A DNA stretch of 39,504 nt from a virus (Duplodnaviria > Caudoviricetes): IMG/VR virus record IMGVR_UViG_3300030433_001675, positions 1 through 39,504 of that record; one strand, written 5' to 3'. How positions within the stretch are numbered: the first letter of the stretch is position 1; each line of letters starts with the position of its first letter. This document shows positions 17,601-25,459 of this stretch, piece after piece. A program made the translations under genes and the position numbers. Below the pieces are notes generated by a model, which worked only from the letters and a program-made list of their open reading frames with translations, did not search any database and had not been told where the DNA came from.

Positions 17601-18789
17601 CTTCGGCCCGGGCCGCGTCATCTTTGTTGGTGAACAAGCCAAGCATGGATCTATCGCCACCAAGGTTTGCTTCGTTCAACCGTTGAGCAACCTCTGGCAT
17701 CACACGCTTGGCATCACCACGCACCTGCAACTCTTGGATGGCTGAGTCAAATACTGCCGTACCACCCTTGACTGTGCCGCCGGCAATCGCACCGATAGCA
17801 AAGGATCGAGCGGCGCCTTGGATTGTGTCCATGCCCTGAAATCTGTCAATGTCAGATGCACGTCCCGCGATCATGTCTTGGAGCTGCCCGACTCCCATGT
17901 TGACCACTTCAGCACCCAGTTCTTGCGAACCCTCTGCAAGTGCTCCGCCACCAACAGTCGTGAGTGCCGAGATAGAACGACCCTTCAAGCCCCTGAGAGA
18001 TTGAAGGTCCTCTAGCTTGTCAAGGGTCAGTGCTAACCTGCCGGCGTCATCTGCCTTGCCGAGAAGTCTGCCACCAACGCCTTTTACAAGTTTGCCGCCT
18101 GTCCTTTCCAAAACGATTTCGGTTGCAGCCATTGAGAAGCCACGGGTGTTTGCTTCAAAGCTGTCAAACTCAAGAGCTTCTTGCCCACGCCTCAAACGTG
18201 CTTGGTTGGCAACAGCTTGATCGTGCATTGACTCGTAGTACCCGTTGTCATAGCTACGCAAGAACAGACGACCAAGGCCCACAAGGCCACCGATCTTTGC
18301 ACCAACAACCGTACCTACACCGGGGATGATTGAGCCAATGGCTGCGCCAGCAGCAGCTGACCCGCCAACCTCAGACGCCATCTGCCCCAAGGTGAAGCCA
18401 GTCTGCTCGCTAAAGTCTGTACCAGACGCAGACGTAGACGCTTGCTGCCTAGCCATGAAGTAGGCTTCAGCTTCTTCGCCTTCAAGCCCAGTAAAGTTGA
18501 ACCCGTTTTGACCAAGCTGAATGAACAAATCATCAGTGGACTGAGCGAAGCCTGCGACCAAGTTGCCGAAGAATCCATCAGACGCATCGACTTTATTCTC
18601 ACGAAGGGTTCGCTCGTAAACGTCGTAAGCCTCTTTGTCACGAAACAACCCTGGCAGCAGTGTTTCAGTTGCAGTTTTTTCTCGACGAACCTGTTCCTCA
18701 TCACCCGCCCCGTAGCGATAAGTTCTTCGCGGCCCGCCAGAGACGGATCGCAAGTGTGCATCAATAGCTGATTGGATTGGGTCTTTCAC
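8671..18789 (-). CDS. giant (3372 aa) virion ejection / large polyvalent-type protein
   Basis: Last gene of the structural arm; Gly/Ala-rich amphipathic N-terminus; two HExxH motifs (HEIIH aa 601; HEVVH aa 2127 with downstream NLDEFVAHA); helical C-terminal region with RRTQNTSSPLD. Confidence 0.85.
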   Translation of the reverse strand: MKDPIQSAIDAHLRSVSGGPRRTYRYGAGDEEQVRREKTATETLLPGLFRDKEAYDVYERTLRENKVDASDGFFGNLVAGFAQSTDDLFIQLGQNGFNFTGLEGEEAEAYFMARQQASTSASGTDFSEQTGFTLGQMASEVGGSAAAGAAIGSIIPGVGTVVGAKIGGLVGLGRLFLRSYDNGYYESMHDQAVANQARLRRGQEALEFDSFEANTRGFSMAATEIVLERTGGKLVKGVGGRLLGKADDAGRLALTLDKLEDLQSLRGLKGRSISALTTVGGGALAEGSQELGAEVVNMGVGQLQDMIAGRASDIDRFQGMDTIQGAARSFAIGAIAGGTVKGGTAVFDSAIQELQVRGDAKRVMPEVAQRLNEANLGGDRSMLGLFTNKDDAARAEELTERRKNRKELEEARDAAQAEAERRQKLANRKGISEDTKAGHLAAADEAIAEAEKINLDLQEHTRVLELLETVDEQAREGVKVRDMVDGEGNKIMSVGRKTPDQVLKKYGGKPQAKVDGESDITPARRIKKNEQTESETKTAARLKKLGATNVVFFEGGEGTALGGAPAFYTNESAGTIYIRRMRQTGKRSRTNETLMFAYGLHEIIHMVQHLDPTLYKEIRGLMGDLNVYKGFRRYTRAEMAQAEAAEALDPAERPVRGALDAAAAGVLARVESQKPAEAKEGETVLFGTPATPEAGVLVGEAVSARVELEGAAQTVEEGAAALEGPISQRLAALGLLGAEAKMATKVIAALEAANTDKRSGIAGRAALSGEADTTIQDVAAAGPALEARLEAARAAAGTSPDSTPATPSDPATEPTADGPMFARDRKAKPRGYGKAPSNVTVHDVREQVPESSRTGGSPVNLSPGEPLRMASGNSFATFDENEPEDIERVRATRIDYGVSLTQDRVDDLMSQAEDRLRERHGEDAVDRAKSSIALKVKGKPEAEFDIGSTRTGIRPDARGVMTEAEYQAAVAANPPQPDVSDDDNKIIRHTVTYSADGSYRTPNANFVNTAINGSWAQRFWYEAFGQDLVRAFPFMEGAPSLSTVVSQFISATSPRTNVRQNLRRALGLIAAHIAGRPTNVSVMEPKGVLEAEAGEYGDAPGQFKVGSFNNTLALGMGTADSVPLPTLDVIMARFFGIPQEAFADPLVYELMSDFLGLVAQDVNEQASQTQQAADARAKLARGEDLTPQEAMAVEPFRPWQLQAVMWSTRGDDTGTFSESLDEFLEQAYEAGLATKVDGVLTMTKDAFLDPKVEDILEAAAFFRGEGSGKATVEVATEATVEGRRANNIGKFLLGTAVNPNSSPEIQELSRKLLAELYGPNNAFLATLSANRTDISAQQMLEAALQIDNAAFMLEVVIDPSGTGLVRGTTNSGKRSQLSKGPVEVGSGGRKATVTPGRTKNVTLVQDLAAATQNKSVNPTMSLSSAATSLTHMRTSSPGQTQVGTGLDGGVVVNGPLGAYPDTEGNLILNNVVNVVVPGGSVSDAVDAVTFLSVSLGQEAAASHRLTDVDGAPDGLGVTVVFTRGHVVTNVEVAAIQQGISNPNVTPLVQPVSNGTLIIFANFNDFAETDQQTNTEIETAIGQVIPTVQAVINTPADGVRLDSDFSYVFGDSWNNLYPDGQTAPTESDITRAEDEIILQSAETEIDSGTFFDGIPTGEMESDEAFAKRQAKLKTAKEKAESKRDRVDTQYDNAILRRNKARDAGKDTTDLDAKVDQKRTERRLARQDAAKARDDYDNARPEPKRFRALSKGQREVILRIAPTRAEQLALLAPAAVARQGEENSTGAKVVRKVYGRLAKLPKDEQARAAKAIGGSQAFRLHHLRHSTQAHRADFRTRQQEANDSVAKRIKKDFPGNPQFARRRRPSVRVGELSVHVVPADSEGFGNGVDVEQRTNEHQLMMRVNDNATKVLDKLISSGKVDDLGAHFGTGEVILRTSPEIAHTLLINANDYGWSKIKKATTVGEALHIVAAMNPEDSIKARMNRLRELVPEMADDIAVIEGVALRIVRSQGGRNEASKALANHLIDLGMDLDMPIDTQQRGSYMGVFVPPMRDTQADTAASQPRPAVGKKRRAQALMPNAVNGSLPDNWVEKGCLCIGPSGYFAPKAELYGAGAAYGVDAVGGVETLLHEVVHARTNLAIRDELARVLGGYKSKTRMDMSSLDQRFESQAGDAPQASDELAAEAYLDKDPSETVPWMRAICEAYLDALVYHRSPDFDKGGVGDYNVSNLDEFVAHAMTDRDTQDFLARVPSSLVAKDQQGLVPEMQSALRVQLSAIEELLRLPEDSLTTNHGSQLSVLEVALSGAYRVLKNQPQDSVAVREQRAGVVGTDSDVSPLVFARSRKGPKKTPMTKSARERAAIEARMGKKRGAGAFKTALDVIMDRERQRLAAREGTRPDIAALRGLEEGAKIQEEIARADKEAALRDQMRKMSRREADLKAKRVRLADAKRETLKFIEENLEKESRPRFTKRLMNARTEAALLKLEREVLRRALVDHHANKVNRFEKRMKKLLGRNMDDDTRTGIKSIYAAGRLPGLKKGKLPKTDQEVSEMVENAQILDELLSQAEVLYRDDRIAMEEAKSEQIATIERGQTLVENAVSGRSDRERTATGEVTTSMFMTFQRGGLDLQSTLKILGLGGAWNALTRAESRMLKARRDHMEKLDAAVRRAGFRDLADFRARASNTRGRINTEKHTVRLGGKNYEITLGQFLKLLAMDNETLDIIGRRGKLSLRVGDKGSAIPVSGPDLISDIFAIREAAPPHLKQLVADMKDAREQDLRNPAMAALFRITGNVPPMVAGYEPRTSEVTTRITSLEEIEQKGRGGVATIFAENAGFTKQRSASGSIVVSDFAGDYFDHMDKSLELGYMAEDVRTLWSTITRPEVRQLITRKFGSEAYDRVLKHVGYATRVLPAVSDPSLGFVSTVVGGILVMSPPTWGRILFGGLNTLQTEYSSKEVAGALKQVMGMVAGRTFGGFFQDQVSKKSGYLWDRDSSNAVDRRVVFSRDDGSAGIADIAQLHNVVGDTLRNIIASGQAAMSGNMGRSIEHLNQARSSLAGLPRAIPTLRLLDRIIVATAVQAEMNKRGETEASPDSILAAETAIRRTQNTSSPLDDSNVTAKLRTEGGYLSSLLAFTSDPMKTYSRLYEPGSKLASGDTAKKAAVFIGGNAAINVSVTYLWNMLLASVIGDEDEKKEVLAELHKQKATDRVLDMFIEEGIVRASPFPLLSFITSREVASIIAETIEASNENRPVDFGRTTDYLSDSLIPVGVDTVVNIGEGAFKYFGEDDPDRAAEIRERLFTDVALLGGLPIGQPFKLLEAAFTDASPAELRSAEYQLRKMMNISAESGNEFSDEFKAVFREARQEGARKREERKAARAR

Positions 18790-18795
18790 TTGGGC

Positions 18796-20262
18796 TTAGT
18801 CCATCATGGGGCCTTGAGGCTCTTGAATCTCAACTGTTTCTCGCGGAGCGTTAGGGTCTATAACTGGTTGAGGTGTGCGCCGACCTCCCACCGTACGATC
18901 TCCAACGCTTGGGAACGTAACACGACCATCAAGAACCACCGCACCATGATCTGATCTAAGGGCTGCGTCGAAATCACTAATTTCAAATCTCGTTGCAAAC
19001 TGAGTCATGACCTGCAACATCTCTTGAGAAACTGGTTCGTTCGAGTTTGCAAGCTCACGAATCTTCTGAACAACCTGACGGTCACTCATTGAGCTTGCAC
19101 CTTGAACGCCAGCGATGCGAAGAGCTTGACGACCGTACTGGTAAGCAGCCGCTTCTCGTTCGTCATATGTCGATTCGTTTTCGTTAAGATCACGGAACCC
19201 GCCCTGTGGAATAGCCCGGTCAAGAAGTGGGTCAAGAGACCTCGTAATCTGATTACTTGTTCGTTGTTCCAGACGTTGAATCCCAGTTTCCAGCAAAGAT
19301 CCGTCACCGCCAATCAACGATGCACCGACAGCGGTAGCATACTCTGGGCTAAACGGCGTGATCCGTGCTGCTGCCTTAGACAGACCACCCACAAAAGTGG
19401 CGAAAGCCGGATCAGTGGTGTAGTCGTACGAGCTGTCTTCTGCGATTTTTTTACGAAGGCCAACAAGTGATTCTCGCAGATTCGTATCTGCCAGCACAAC
19501 TTTCAACCCAAAAGATTCCGCCATCTCATCAGGGCTGACGTTGCTTTCCCAATCAGCGCCCCGTGCGGCCTCACCCAAGAAAGCCAACCCTGCGCTAAGA
19601 GTAAGCACCCGAGCTTTGTCTTGAGCTGAAGCACCTTGCTCCACCTGTAAAGTCAAATTCTGTTGAGTTTGAGCCAAACGTCGAGCCACTTGGTCATTGT
19701 GAGTCTGATCTCGTGCTGCTTTGGCAGTTTCTTCAGCAGCCTTGATTGCACGCATGTCTGTTCGGTCAAAGCCAAGCAAGGTGGTAAGCACCGACGCTGG
19801 GTTGTCACCGTTGAACTCATTTCGGTACAGTTGGGCAGCAGCTTCAGAGAGCCCGCCCTCTTCGACCAGCCCGCTCAGTAGAGCATCGAAAGACCCTCGG
19901 TTTTTTTCACGATACGCGTCTCGGTCGTTTGCTCGCAACATCTTGGCAACGATCTCACGACGCTTTGCTTCGCGGGTCTTGATGGCGCTGAGCATAGTTC
20001 CAGCAGTCACGTCTACGACCATGCCGTTGGGGAGCCTGGCTACTGGCGATCCGTAAGCTGTGCCAAAGTCGATACCTTCAAGGCCCCGATACGTTCCGTT
20101 TTCAAGTGCCGACAAAGCATCAGCAGAAGACAACTTGCCAAAAGCTTGGGGGTCTCCTGTTGCAATTTGCTTTGTGGTGCGGTTGGCAAACCTTTTTGCC
20201 AGCTCCAAGGATTCTGGAGTGGAACCGTATTCGTAATCTTTATCGTCAAACACTGACATCAT
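18796..20262 (-). CDS. probable internal virion/ejection protein (488 aa)
   Basis: Located between small ejection genes and the giant gene; helical composition; overlaps the upstream stop. Confidence 0.7.
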   Translation of the reverse strand: MMSVFDDKDYEYGSTPESLELAKRFANRTTKQIATGDPQAFGKLSSADALSALENGTYRGLEGIDFGTAYGSPVARLPNGMVVDVTAGTMLSAIKTREAKRREIVAKMLRANDRDAYREKNRGSFDALLSGLVEEGGLSEAAAQLYRNEFNGDNPASVLTTLLGFDRTDMRAIKAAEETAKAARDQTHNDQVARRLAQTQQNLTLQVEQGASAQDKARVLTLSAGLAFLGEAARGADWESNVSPDEMAESFGLKVVLADTNLRESLVGLRKKIAEDSSYDYTTDPAFATFVGGLSKAAARITPFSPEYATAVGASLIGGDGSLLETGIQRLEQRTSNQITRSLDPLLDRAIPQGGFRDLNENESTYDEREAAAYQYGRQALRIAGVQGASSMSDRQVVQKIRELANSNEPVSQEMLQVMTQFATRFEISDFDAALRSDHGAVVLDGRVTFPSVGDRTVGGRRTPQPVIDPNAPRETVEIQEPQGPMMD

Positions 20263-20819
20263 TCAGTCTCCGCGTCGAAGGGATTAGTTTCGTCTTCTGT
20301 CTCTTCTTGGTTGCTGGCAGCATCTGAAGCCAACTTGTTGTTTGCAGCTCTTTCGTTGTTTAGCGTAGCGCCCAAACTCTTGAATGCCAGAGCCTTCATG
20401 CCGGCAAGAGCCTCTTGGTTAATCAGGGCTGTGAAGTCGTTGACAGGCTGTACACCTTCGGCAAAAGCCTTGCCAAGACCGCCTCCACTCAGACCTGCTT
20501 TGGCTCGACGCTCGCTCTCAGCTTTAAGACCCTCACTAAACCCGCTGACGAATCTAGACGAGAATCTTTGTAGAGGAGTGCCAGTCATTTGAGGAGCAGC
20601 TTTAGCAGCCTCAGCTGCGGCTCCAGCAACCTTTGCTCCTGCTGCTGCTCCTTTTGCTGCTCCGGCTCCAACCGCAGCTGCACCTTGCCCCACGGCTTGG
20701 CCTGCCGCTGCGGCTCCTTGTGCAGCCGCTTGTCCCGCTGCTGCTGCGCCCTGTCCTACAGCTGTAGCCGCCCCTTGGGCTGCTGCGGCTGCTGCTGCTA
20801 CGATTTCTGCAAGTACCAT
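20259..20819 (-). CDS. Ala/Gly-rich internal virion protein (186 aa)
   Basis: GGAGAG SD and TAATG coupling; QGAAAAG-type repeats. Confidence 0.7.
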   Translation of the reverse strand: MVLAEIVAAAAAAAQGAATAVGQGAAAAGQAAAQGAAAAGQAVGQGAAAVGAGAAKGAAAGAKVAGAAAEAAKAAPQMTGTPLQRFSSRFVSGFSEGLKAESERRAKAGLSGGGLGKAFAEGVQPVNDFTALINQEALAGMKALAFKSLGATLNNERAANNKLASDAASNQEETEDETNPFDAETE

Positions 20820-21598
20820 TACTCTCCACCTATTCCTAGTTCTTTCAATCCAAAGTCTGCAAGCCCTCCGCCAAGACCCTTAGCAGCGCCGCTCAAGATT
20901 GCACCGCCCAAGTTAAATCCAGTACCGATGTTTTCTGCCCGTGCTATGCCAAAATCGGCTGAGCCTTGGGCCATTGATTGTCCTGCCCCAAGCAGTCCAG
21001 TCGCCATCTGTGACCCCAGTCCACTGATCGCTACGGTGTAAGCACGACGAGTGTCACTCAGAGATCGTGCCTGTTGCCCAATCAAATCAACACGCTGGCG
21101 CCCAACGTCTGCGAGAGCAGCGCCTTTGGACAGAGCCAAGCTCATCTCTTTGCCGGCAAAGTCTTCTTTCGCACGACGTTGTTCTCGTAGGCCCTCCTGC
21201 CTGTATGCCTCAATCTGAGCTGATCCGAAGCTGGTCATGCCCAAACCTGACAAGGCGCCCTGAGCAGTGGCGCGGAGTGTGGCGCCCTCAGTTGCCAGTT
21301 CGATATCTTCGAGCTCTTGACCGAACGACTCAGTCAGTTTGGCTTCAGCCCGCTCAAAGCCCTCGGCGACATTTGCAGCGACAAGGTTGTCGAAGTCGGA
21401 CTTTTGCTGTTCAAAAGCAGCCTTCAACTCACCGATATCTACGGACTGAGCAGCCTCAACGTCGTCAATAATGCCCAACATAGATGCCTCAAACTGAGAC
21501 ATATATTGAGACATCTGTCGCTCAAACTTCTTTTGAGCTCTACGAAGGGCCGCATCGCGATCACCTTCATCTCCGAACAAGTCACTCATGAAGCCCAT
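20819..21598 (-). CDS. probable DNA pilot/ejection protein (259 aa)
   Basis: MGFMSDLFG start, coiled-coil middle, Gly-rich C-terminus; directly after the nozzle gene; TAATG coupling. Confidence 0.7.
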   Translation of the reverse strand: MGFMSDLFGDEGDRDAALRRAQKKFERQMSQYMSQFEASMLGIIDDVEAAQSVDIGELKAAFEQQKSDFDNLVAANVAEGFERAEAKLTESFGQELEDIELATEGATLRATAQGALSGLGMTSFGSAQIEAYRQEGLREQRRAKEDFAGKEMSLALSKGAALADVGRQRVDLIGQQARSLSDTRRAYTVAISGLGSQMATGLLGAGQSMAQGSADFGIARAENIGTGFNLGGAILSGAAKGLGGGLADFGLKELGIGGE

Positions 21599-23979
21599 TA
21601 TGTAACACTCCTAAATGGTCCGCCATCTTCTACGTCCACTGAAATATCTTCAATAGCGAAAGACCTGCCCAGTGCCGATACTGACACGAACAAGTCACTC
21701 GCACGAATTCTGAATCTGTTTGCTGAGTCTCGGCCCCGAGCCAGAGCACGCTTCTCACTGACCAGCCGCTCTGCAAAGTTCGATGTGGCTAGACGACCTT
21801 GGTCATCACTTTGCCGGCCAAACAACAATGTGTTGATATCAATTTCTTCAGGCAAACCAGCCACAGCATTTGTGGTGATGTACCAATTCAAATTGCTGGA
21901 GCTGATGCCAAAGAAGTCAGTGCCGTGCTTCAAAATCCATTTGCCGTCAGAGTTGCGGCTGAATGTCCAAGATCCAGGCCCTGAGAACGTAGTCTCGTTC
22001 AACACCGTGTCGCCCGTGGCGGGGGTGTACGTCCCAGCAATGCTGTTGGCAAACCCGCCCCACAGATACTTTTCATTGCCCGACGTTGGGTTGTCGTCTT
22101 TATCACCACCATCAATGGTTGAGGACCCCTCAAAGGCTGACGCTGTCTGCGCATCAAGCACCGCAGCGTTCTCATTGCTCATGGAGAATCCGGCAGCTGT
22201 ACCAACAGCCTCTTGTGCTGTCTCGCCAGAAACCACCTCCAAGAAGGGACCATTCGTTGTGTCAGGGGTTCTAATGTTGCCAGAAGAGTCTCGCTCCACT
22301 TGAGCACCCAGAATGGTCCTGACCTCTTTGAGAAGCACACGTCGGCTTGGGTCACTGTTGATTGGACCCATCTGCACAGTGCTGCTGATGTCGTTCTCAG
22401 AAGCCGTTGGGTTGTGAGTGGTGATTCCGTCACCGCTGGTTCCAAAGGTTGTGCCATCCAAAGTGCCACCGTCTTTTGACAAGACAGTCTGCTCTGGCAG
22501 AGTCAAGATGTGGCCCGTGTTGGTCGTGAACCAAGGGGTTGCTCTTGTGCCTGTCATCGTTTGGAAGGACAAGATATTGTTGACCGACCGGATGCCTGGA
22601 GTCTCGATTCTCCATGGCCACCACGTTCCGGTATCTGCATCCATTGCGTACAGACGTGACGCACTAGCATCGTCTGTCCTAGTAACGCACAAGAACACAA
22701 TCGCTCGGGACTCGTCGTACCCCATGACCACTTGAGTGTCCTCAAAGTCAGTGTTTGCAAACAAACGATCCAACTTGTCTCGCGTGATTCTTGCACCCTT
22801 TTCAACGTCAAAGGAGTTAGGATCAACGGCAAAGACGCCCTGAGTAGAGGCAATGAGAACAGCCATCTCACCGATCTTGGTGAACGCTCTCGGGCCAAGG
22901 CAACCGATGGAACGGCTGATTTGACGGAACGTAGTATCCGAGAAAACCGGATCATTGGTCAGAATAGACATGGAGTTGGCACAAGCAAAGATCAACCCGC
23001 TCGATCCGACTGGGATCAACGCCTTGATGTTGTCGCCAATCTCACCAAACTTCGTGCCACTTGTACCAGCAAGAGCGCCTACGTTGGCAGTGTTTGAGCT
23101 GATGTTTGGAATCCAGTTGAACGCGTCACCAATCCCTGAGAAGAACCAGTTAGTTGGGTTTGAATCAATGCCGGCCAGAACCAGTCGTGCATTGAATACT
23201 TGCAACAACTTGGCTCTTTTGGTTTGGCTCTGTGCTGTTGCCTTGACCGTGCTGTATGGTCCGATCCACTGTGAAACCTCAGGCGGGTCGAGAGCCATAT
23301 TGATCTTTACATACTTGTCGCCGTCAGTGGCATAAACAAAATCGTGTGGGGTTTCACTAGGGGCAGACAGAGTGCCGAGACTTGTCCCGCCGGCGGTGGC
23401 GCCACCCGAGGTTGTTGCAACTGCTTGATGGTCAGGTGTACCGACGTGCTTGAACGCCACCATTTCCACGTTTGCCGTGGTGCTCATCACCACATCAGCT
23501 ACGTTGACATCACCGTCTCTTTCTGTGCTACTGGCCTCTGCGTCTACAGTTGCGTTGCCTAAGGCGTTCAACGGCAAATTCGCAGTGGTTGTAGACGTTC
23601 GGTCATAGTTTGCGTTGAAGGGATTCATCACCGTGCCGTCAGAGTGGGTCTTTCTTGTCACTTGTTTGCAGGCGACTGGGTTGCCTGACAAGTCAGTGGC
23701 AAAGAAAGCCCCGCCCACGCAATAAACAAATCGACGCTTGAGGATTACGCCACCAGCGCCCTTGTTGACAAAAGCCTCAACAGCCGTACAACCTTGAATT
23801 TTCGCGTCCGCATCACCGATCTGAATGAAACCAGGCCGTGTACCAATCCGCCGACGACCGTCAAATGAGTCGTAAGGGAAGACGTTCATACACTCTTGTG
23901 TGTAGCCTTCAACTGCACCACGGTACGGAAGCGAGTCCGTATAGCCGTTGACTGGAACAGGAAGACGCGAGTATGCCAT
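21598..23979 (-). CDS. podovirus tail nozzle / head-closure protein (P22 gp10 or T7 gp12-like beta-propeller)
   Basis: 793 aa, beta-rich; NVFP...RPG, FNARLVLAG, WFFS, IGCLGP and GTWWPW motifs; syntenic position. Confidence 0.75.
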   Translation of the reverse strand: MAYSRLPVPVNGYTDSLPYRGAVEGYTQECMNVFPYDSFDGRRRIGTRPGFIQIGDADAKIQGCTAVEAFVNKGAGGVILKRRFVYCVGGAFFATDLSGNPVACKQVTRKTHSDGTVMNPFNANYDRTSTTTANLPLNALGNATVDAEASSTERDGDVNVADVVMSTTANVEMVAFKHVGTPDHQAVATTSGGATAGGTSLGTLSAPSETPHDFVYATDGDKYVKINMALDPPEVSQWIGPYSTVKATAQSQTKRAKLLQVFNARLVLAGIDSNPTNWFFSGIGDAFNWIPNISSNTANVGALAGTSGTKFGEIGDNIKALIPVGSSGLIFACANSMSILTNDPVFSDTTFRQISRSIGCLGPRAFTKIGEMAVLIASTQGVFAVDPNSFDVEKGARITRDKLDRLFANTDFEDTQVVMGYDESRAIVFLCVTRTDDASASRLYAMDADTGTWWPWRIETPGIRSVNNILSFQTMTGTRATPWFTTNTGHILTLPEQTVLSKDGGTLDGTTFGTSGDGITTHNPTASENDISSTVQMGPINSDPSRRVLLKEVRTILGAQVERDSSGNIRTPDTTNGPFLEVVSGETAQEAVGTAAGFSMSNENAAVLDAQTASAFEGSSTIDGGDKDDNPTSGNEKYLWGGFANSIAGTYTPATGDTVLNETTFSGPGSWTFSRNSDGKWILKHGTDFFGISSSNLNWYITTNAVAGLPEEIDINTLLFGRQSDDQGRLATSNFAERLVSEKRALARGRDSANRFRIRASDLFVSVSALGRSFAIEDISVDVEDGGPFRSVT

Positions 23980-25331
23980 TACTGCGCAATCTCCTGAGCA
24001 GAAATCATTGAGAAAGTTCTAATAGCGTGAATAGCGTTACTCACACCATCGTTGTTGCTGTTCAAAGTAAATGCTGATGAATTATCATCATCTGCGTCAG
24101 CATCTTTTAGCGCAACGGTGTAAACACACGCACTGGTAGTGTTTGGTTCATCTAAAAATTGAAATGTAAATGTTTCAAGTCCACCAGCGTCCGTAGTTTC
24201 AGATCCGCCACCTTCGCCAGTGCCAGAAGCCAGTGCCTTCACCGTACCATCATTTCCAGTGCCGCCAGTCGCTAGGTTGTCGCCAGCCAAGTCAACTTCA
24301 GACCCGCCGCCAATGGTGCGGACAATCGTCGCGCACAACGCTTCAGGTCGAGTCACCTCCATAGTGCCTTGTAGGGTCACGGATAAAAGAATTTTGCTGC
24401 TCGCTGACAGGGGGGTAATTGTGACCTGTAGATCAGTCAGTTTCACAGCAGCCTGACTTGCCAAATCAGTTCCAAGTTTGTGCGACGGCACGTTCACTGA
24501 TGTGTTGGCATTGGTCTGGGTAATTCTGAGTTGACCAAAATGGTTTGGAATAACCAGATTGCTGGTTCCGATAATGTTTCCAGTTACCGAAATGGGCTTG
24601 GCAATGTCGATACCGTGATCAGCAGTAGCCTCGGTGATGTCATCAACCTTGATCCCGCCGGTTGCAGTTGTCTCGCCGGTGACTCCCAGCGTTCCAGCAA
24701 CGGTTGTACCGGTATCGTTGACCAATAGCTCTTGGTTGCCATTTTCGTCTTGTACCTCGAAAATCTTGGCGTCGGCATCGCCAGCACTACTGCCCTTGAC
24801 TAGAAGCGCAGCCTGTTCACCCTCACCGTCTGCGGGCAGGATGGACACGTTTCCTTCGTTGTCAACAAACAGACCAGTGGAGTCACCAGATTGAGTGATG
24901 ACTTCAAGCAAAGACCCACCACTGCCGTCTGCTTTTTGCGCTGCTTGACCGATGATTTGAACAACTTTGTCAGCAGTGTCGCCGTGGTTTTCAATAGTGC
25001 AAATCGTCGTATCGTTGTCGGTAACCGAGAAAATCTTGTTGGTTCCGCCGTTGTCAGTTACCTGAAAGATCGGGTCGCCTTGGGTAGACGCACCTTTCAC
25101 GCTCAGCTGAACCTCGTTCGCACCACCGCCAAGTGTTCTACCGTTGCTGTCATCTAACGTGAGGAACTGGCCGGCAGCGATAGCTGTGTTGTAGGCCAGT
25201 GTGCTGGACGTAGAGTTGACGACGGCTCTGTTGTTGGTTGTGTCAATAACGATTTCGCCCGAAGCAATGTTCGGGTTGGCGCTATTAAGGTTGGCATGCG
25301 TATCTCTACGCAGTTGGATAGTTACTGCCAT
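23979..25331 (-). CDS. tail fibre / receptor-binding protein with Mtd_N-like N-terminus
   Basis: IQLRRDT.AN....NP..A.GE...DT N-terminus; C-terminal ITP....SKILL and FLD.PNTTS...Y.V motifs seen in aquatic phage fibres. Confidence 0.75.
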   Translation of the reverse strand: MAVTIQLRRDTHANLNSANPNIASGEIVIDTTNNRAVVNSTSSTLAYNTAIAAGQFLTLDDSNGRTLGGGANEVQLSVKGASTQGDPIFQVTDNGGTNKIFSVTDNDTTICTIENHGDTADKVVQIIGQAAQKADGSGGSLLEVITQSGDSTGLFVDNEGNVSILPADGEGEQAALLVKGSSAGDADAKIFEVQDENGNQELLVNDTGTTVAGTLGVTGETTATGGIKVDDITEATADHGIDIAKPISVTGNIIGTSNLVIPNHFGQLRITQTNANTSVNVPSHKLGTDLASQAAVKLTDLQVTITPLSASSKILLSVTLQGTMEVTRPEALCATIVRTIGGGSEVDLAGDNLATGGTGNDGTVKALASGTGEGGGSETTDAGGLETFTFQFLDEPNTTSACVYTVALKDADADDDNSSAFTLNSNNDGVSNAIHAIRTFSMISAQEIAQ

Positions 25332-25459
25332 CAGTCAAGTTCCTTCAGGATTTTGGCTTTGAGCCAATCGACGATGGGTCGCCCAACCCACATTCCGGCG
25401 ATGAAGGCCCCGGACACGACGAGCAGGGAGGCAAGAACATCAGAGAACGAATACGGCAT
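25331..25459 (-). CDS. small single-TM membrane protein (42 aa)
   Basis: MPYSFSDVLASLLVVSGAFIAGMWVGRPIVDWLKAKILKELD; TGATG coupling to the tail fibre start. Confidence 0.55.
   Translation of the reverse strand: MPYSFSDVLASLLVVSGAFIAGMWVGRPIVDWLKAKILKELD

Noticed and set aside
8671-18789. Virion RNA polymerase (N4 or crAss-like) as the identity of the giant ORF
   Set aside because: I found no DxDxD/DFDID or T7-type polymerase motifs; sigma70-type early promoters indicate host RNA polymerase.
20620-20800. GCT/GCA-rich tandem-like repeats
   Set aside because: Explained by the poly-Ala/QGAAA coding sequence of an ejection protein.
21317-22303. 328-aa plus-strand ORF
   Set aside because: Antisense shadow across the nozzle and ejection genes with no recognisable motif, unlike the 26724..27041 case.
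23979-25331. Diversity-generating retroelement suggested by the Mtd_N-like fibre N-terminus
   Set aside because: No reverse transcriptase or Avd-like gene recognised and no TR/VR repeat pair seen; Mtd_N-like domains occur in many ordinary fibres.
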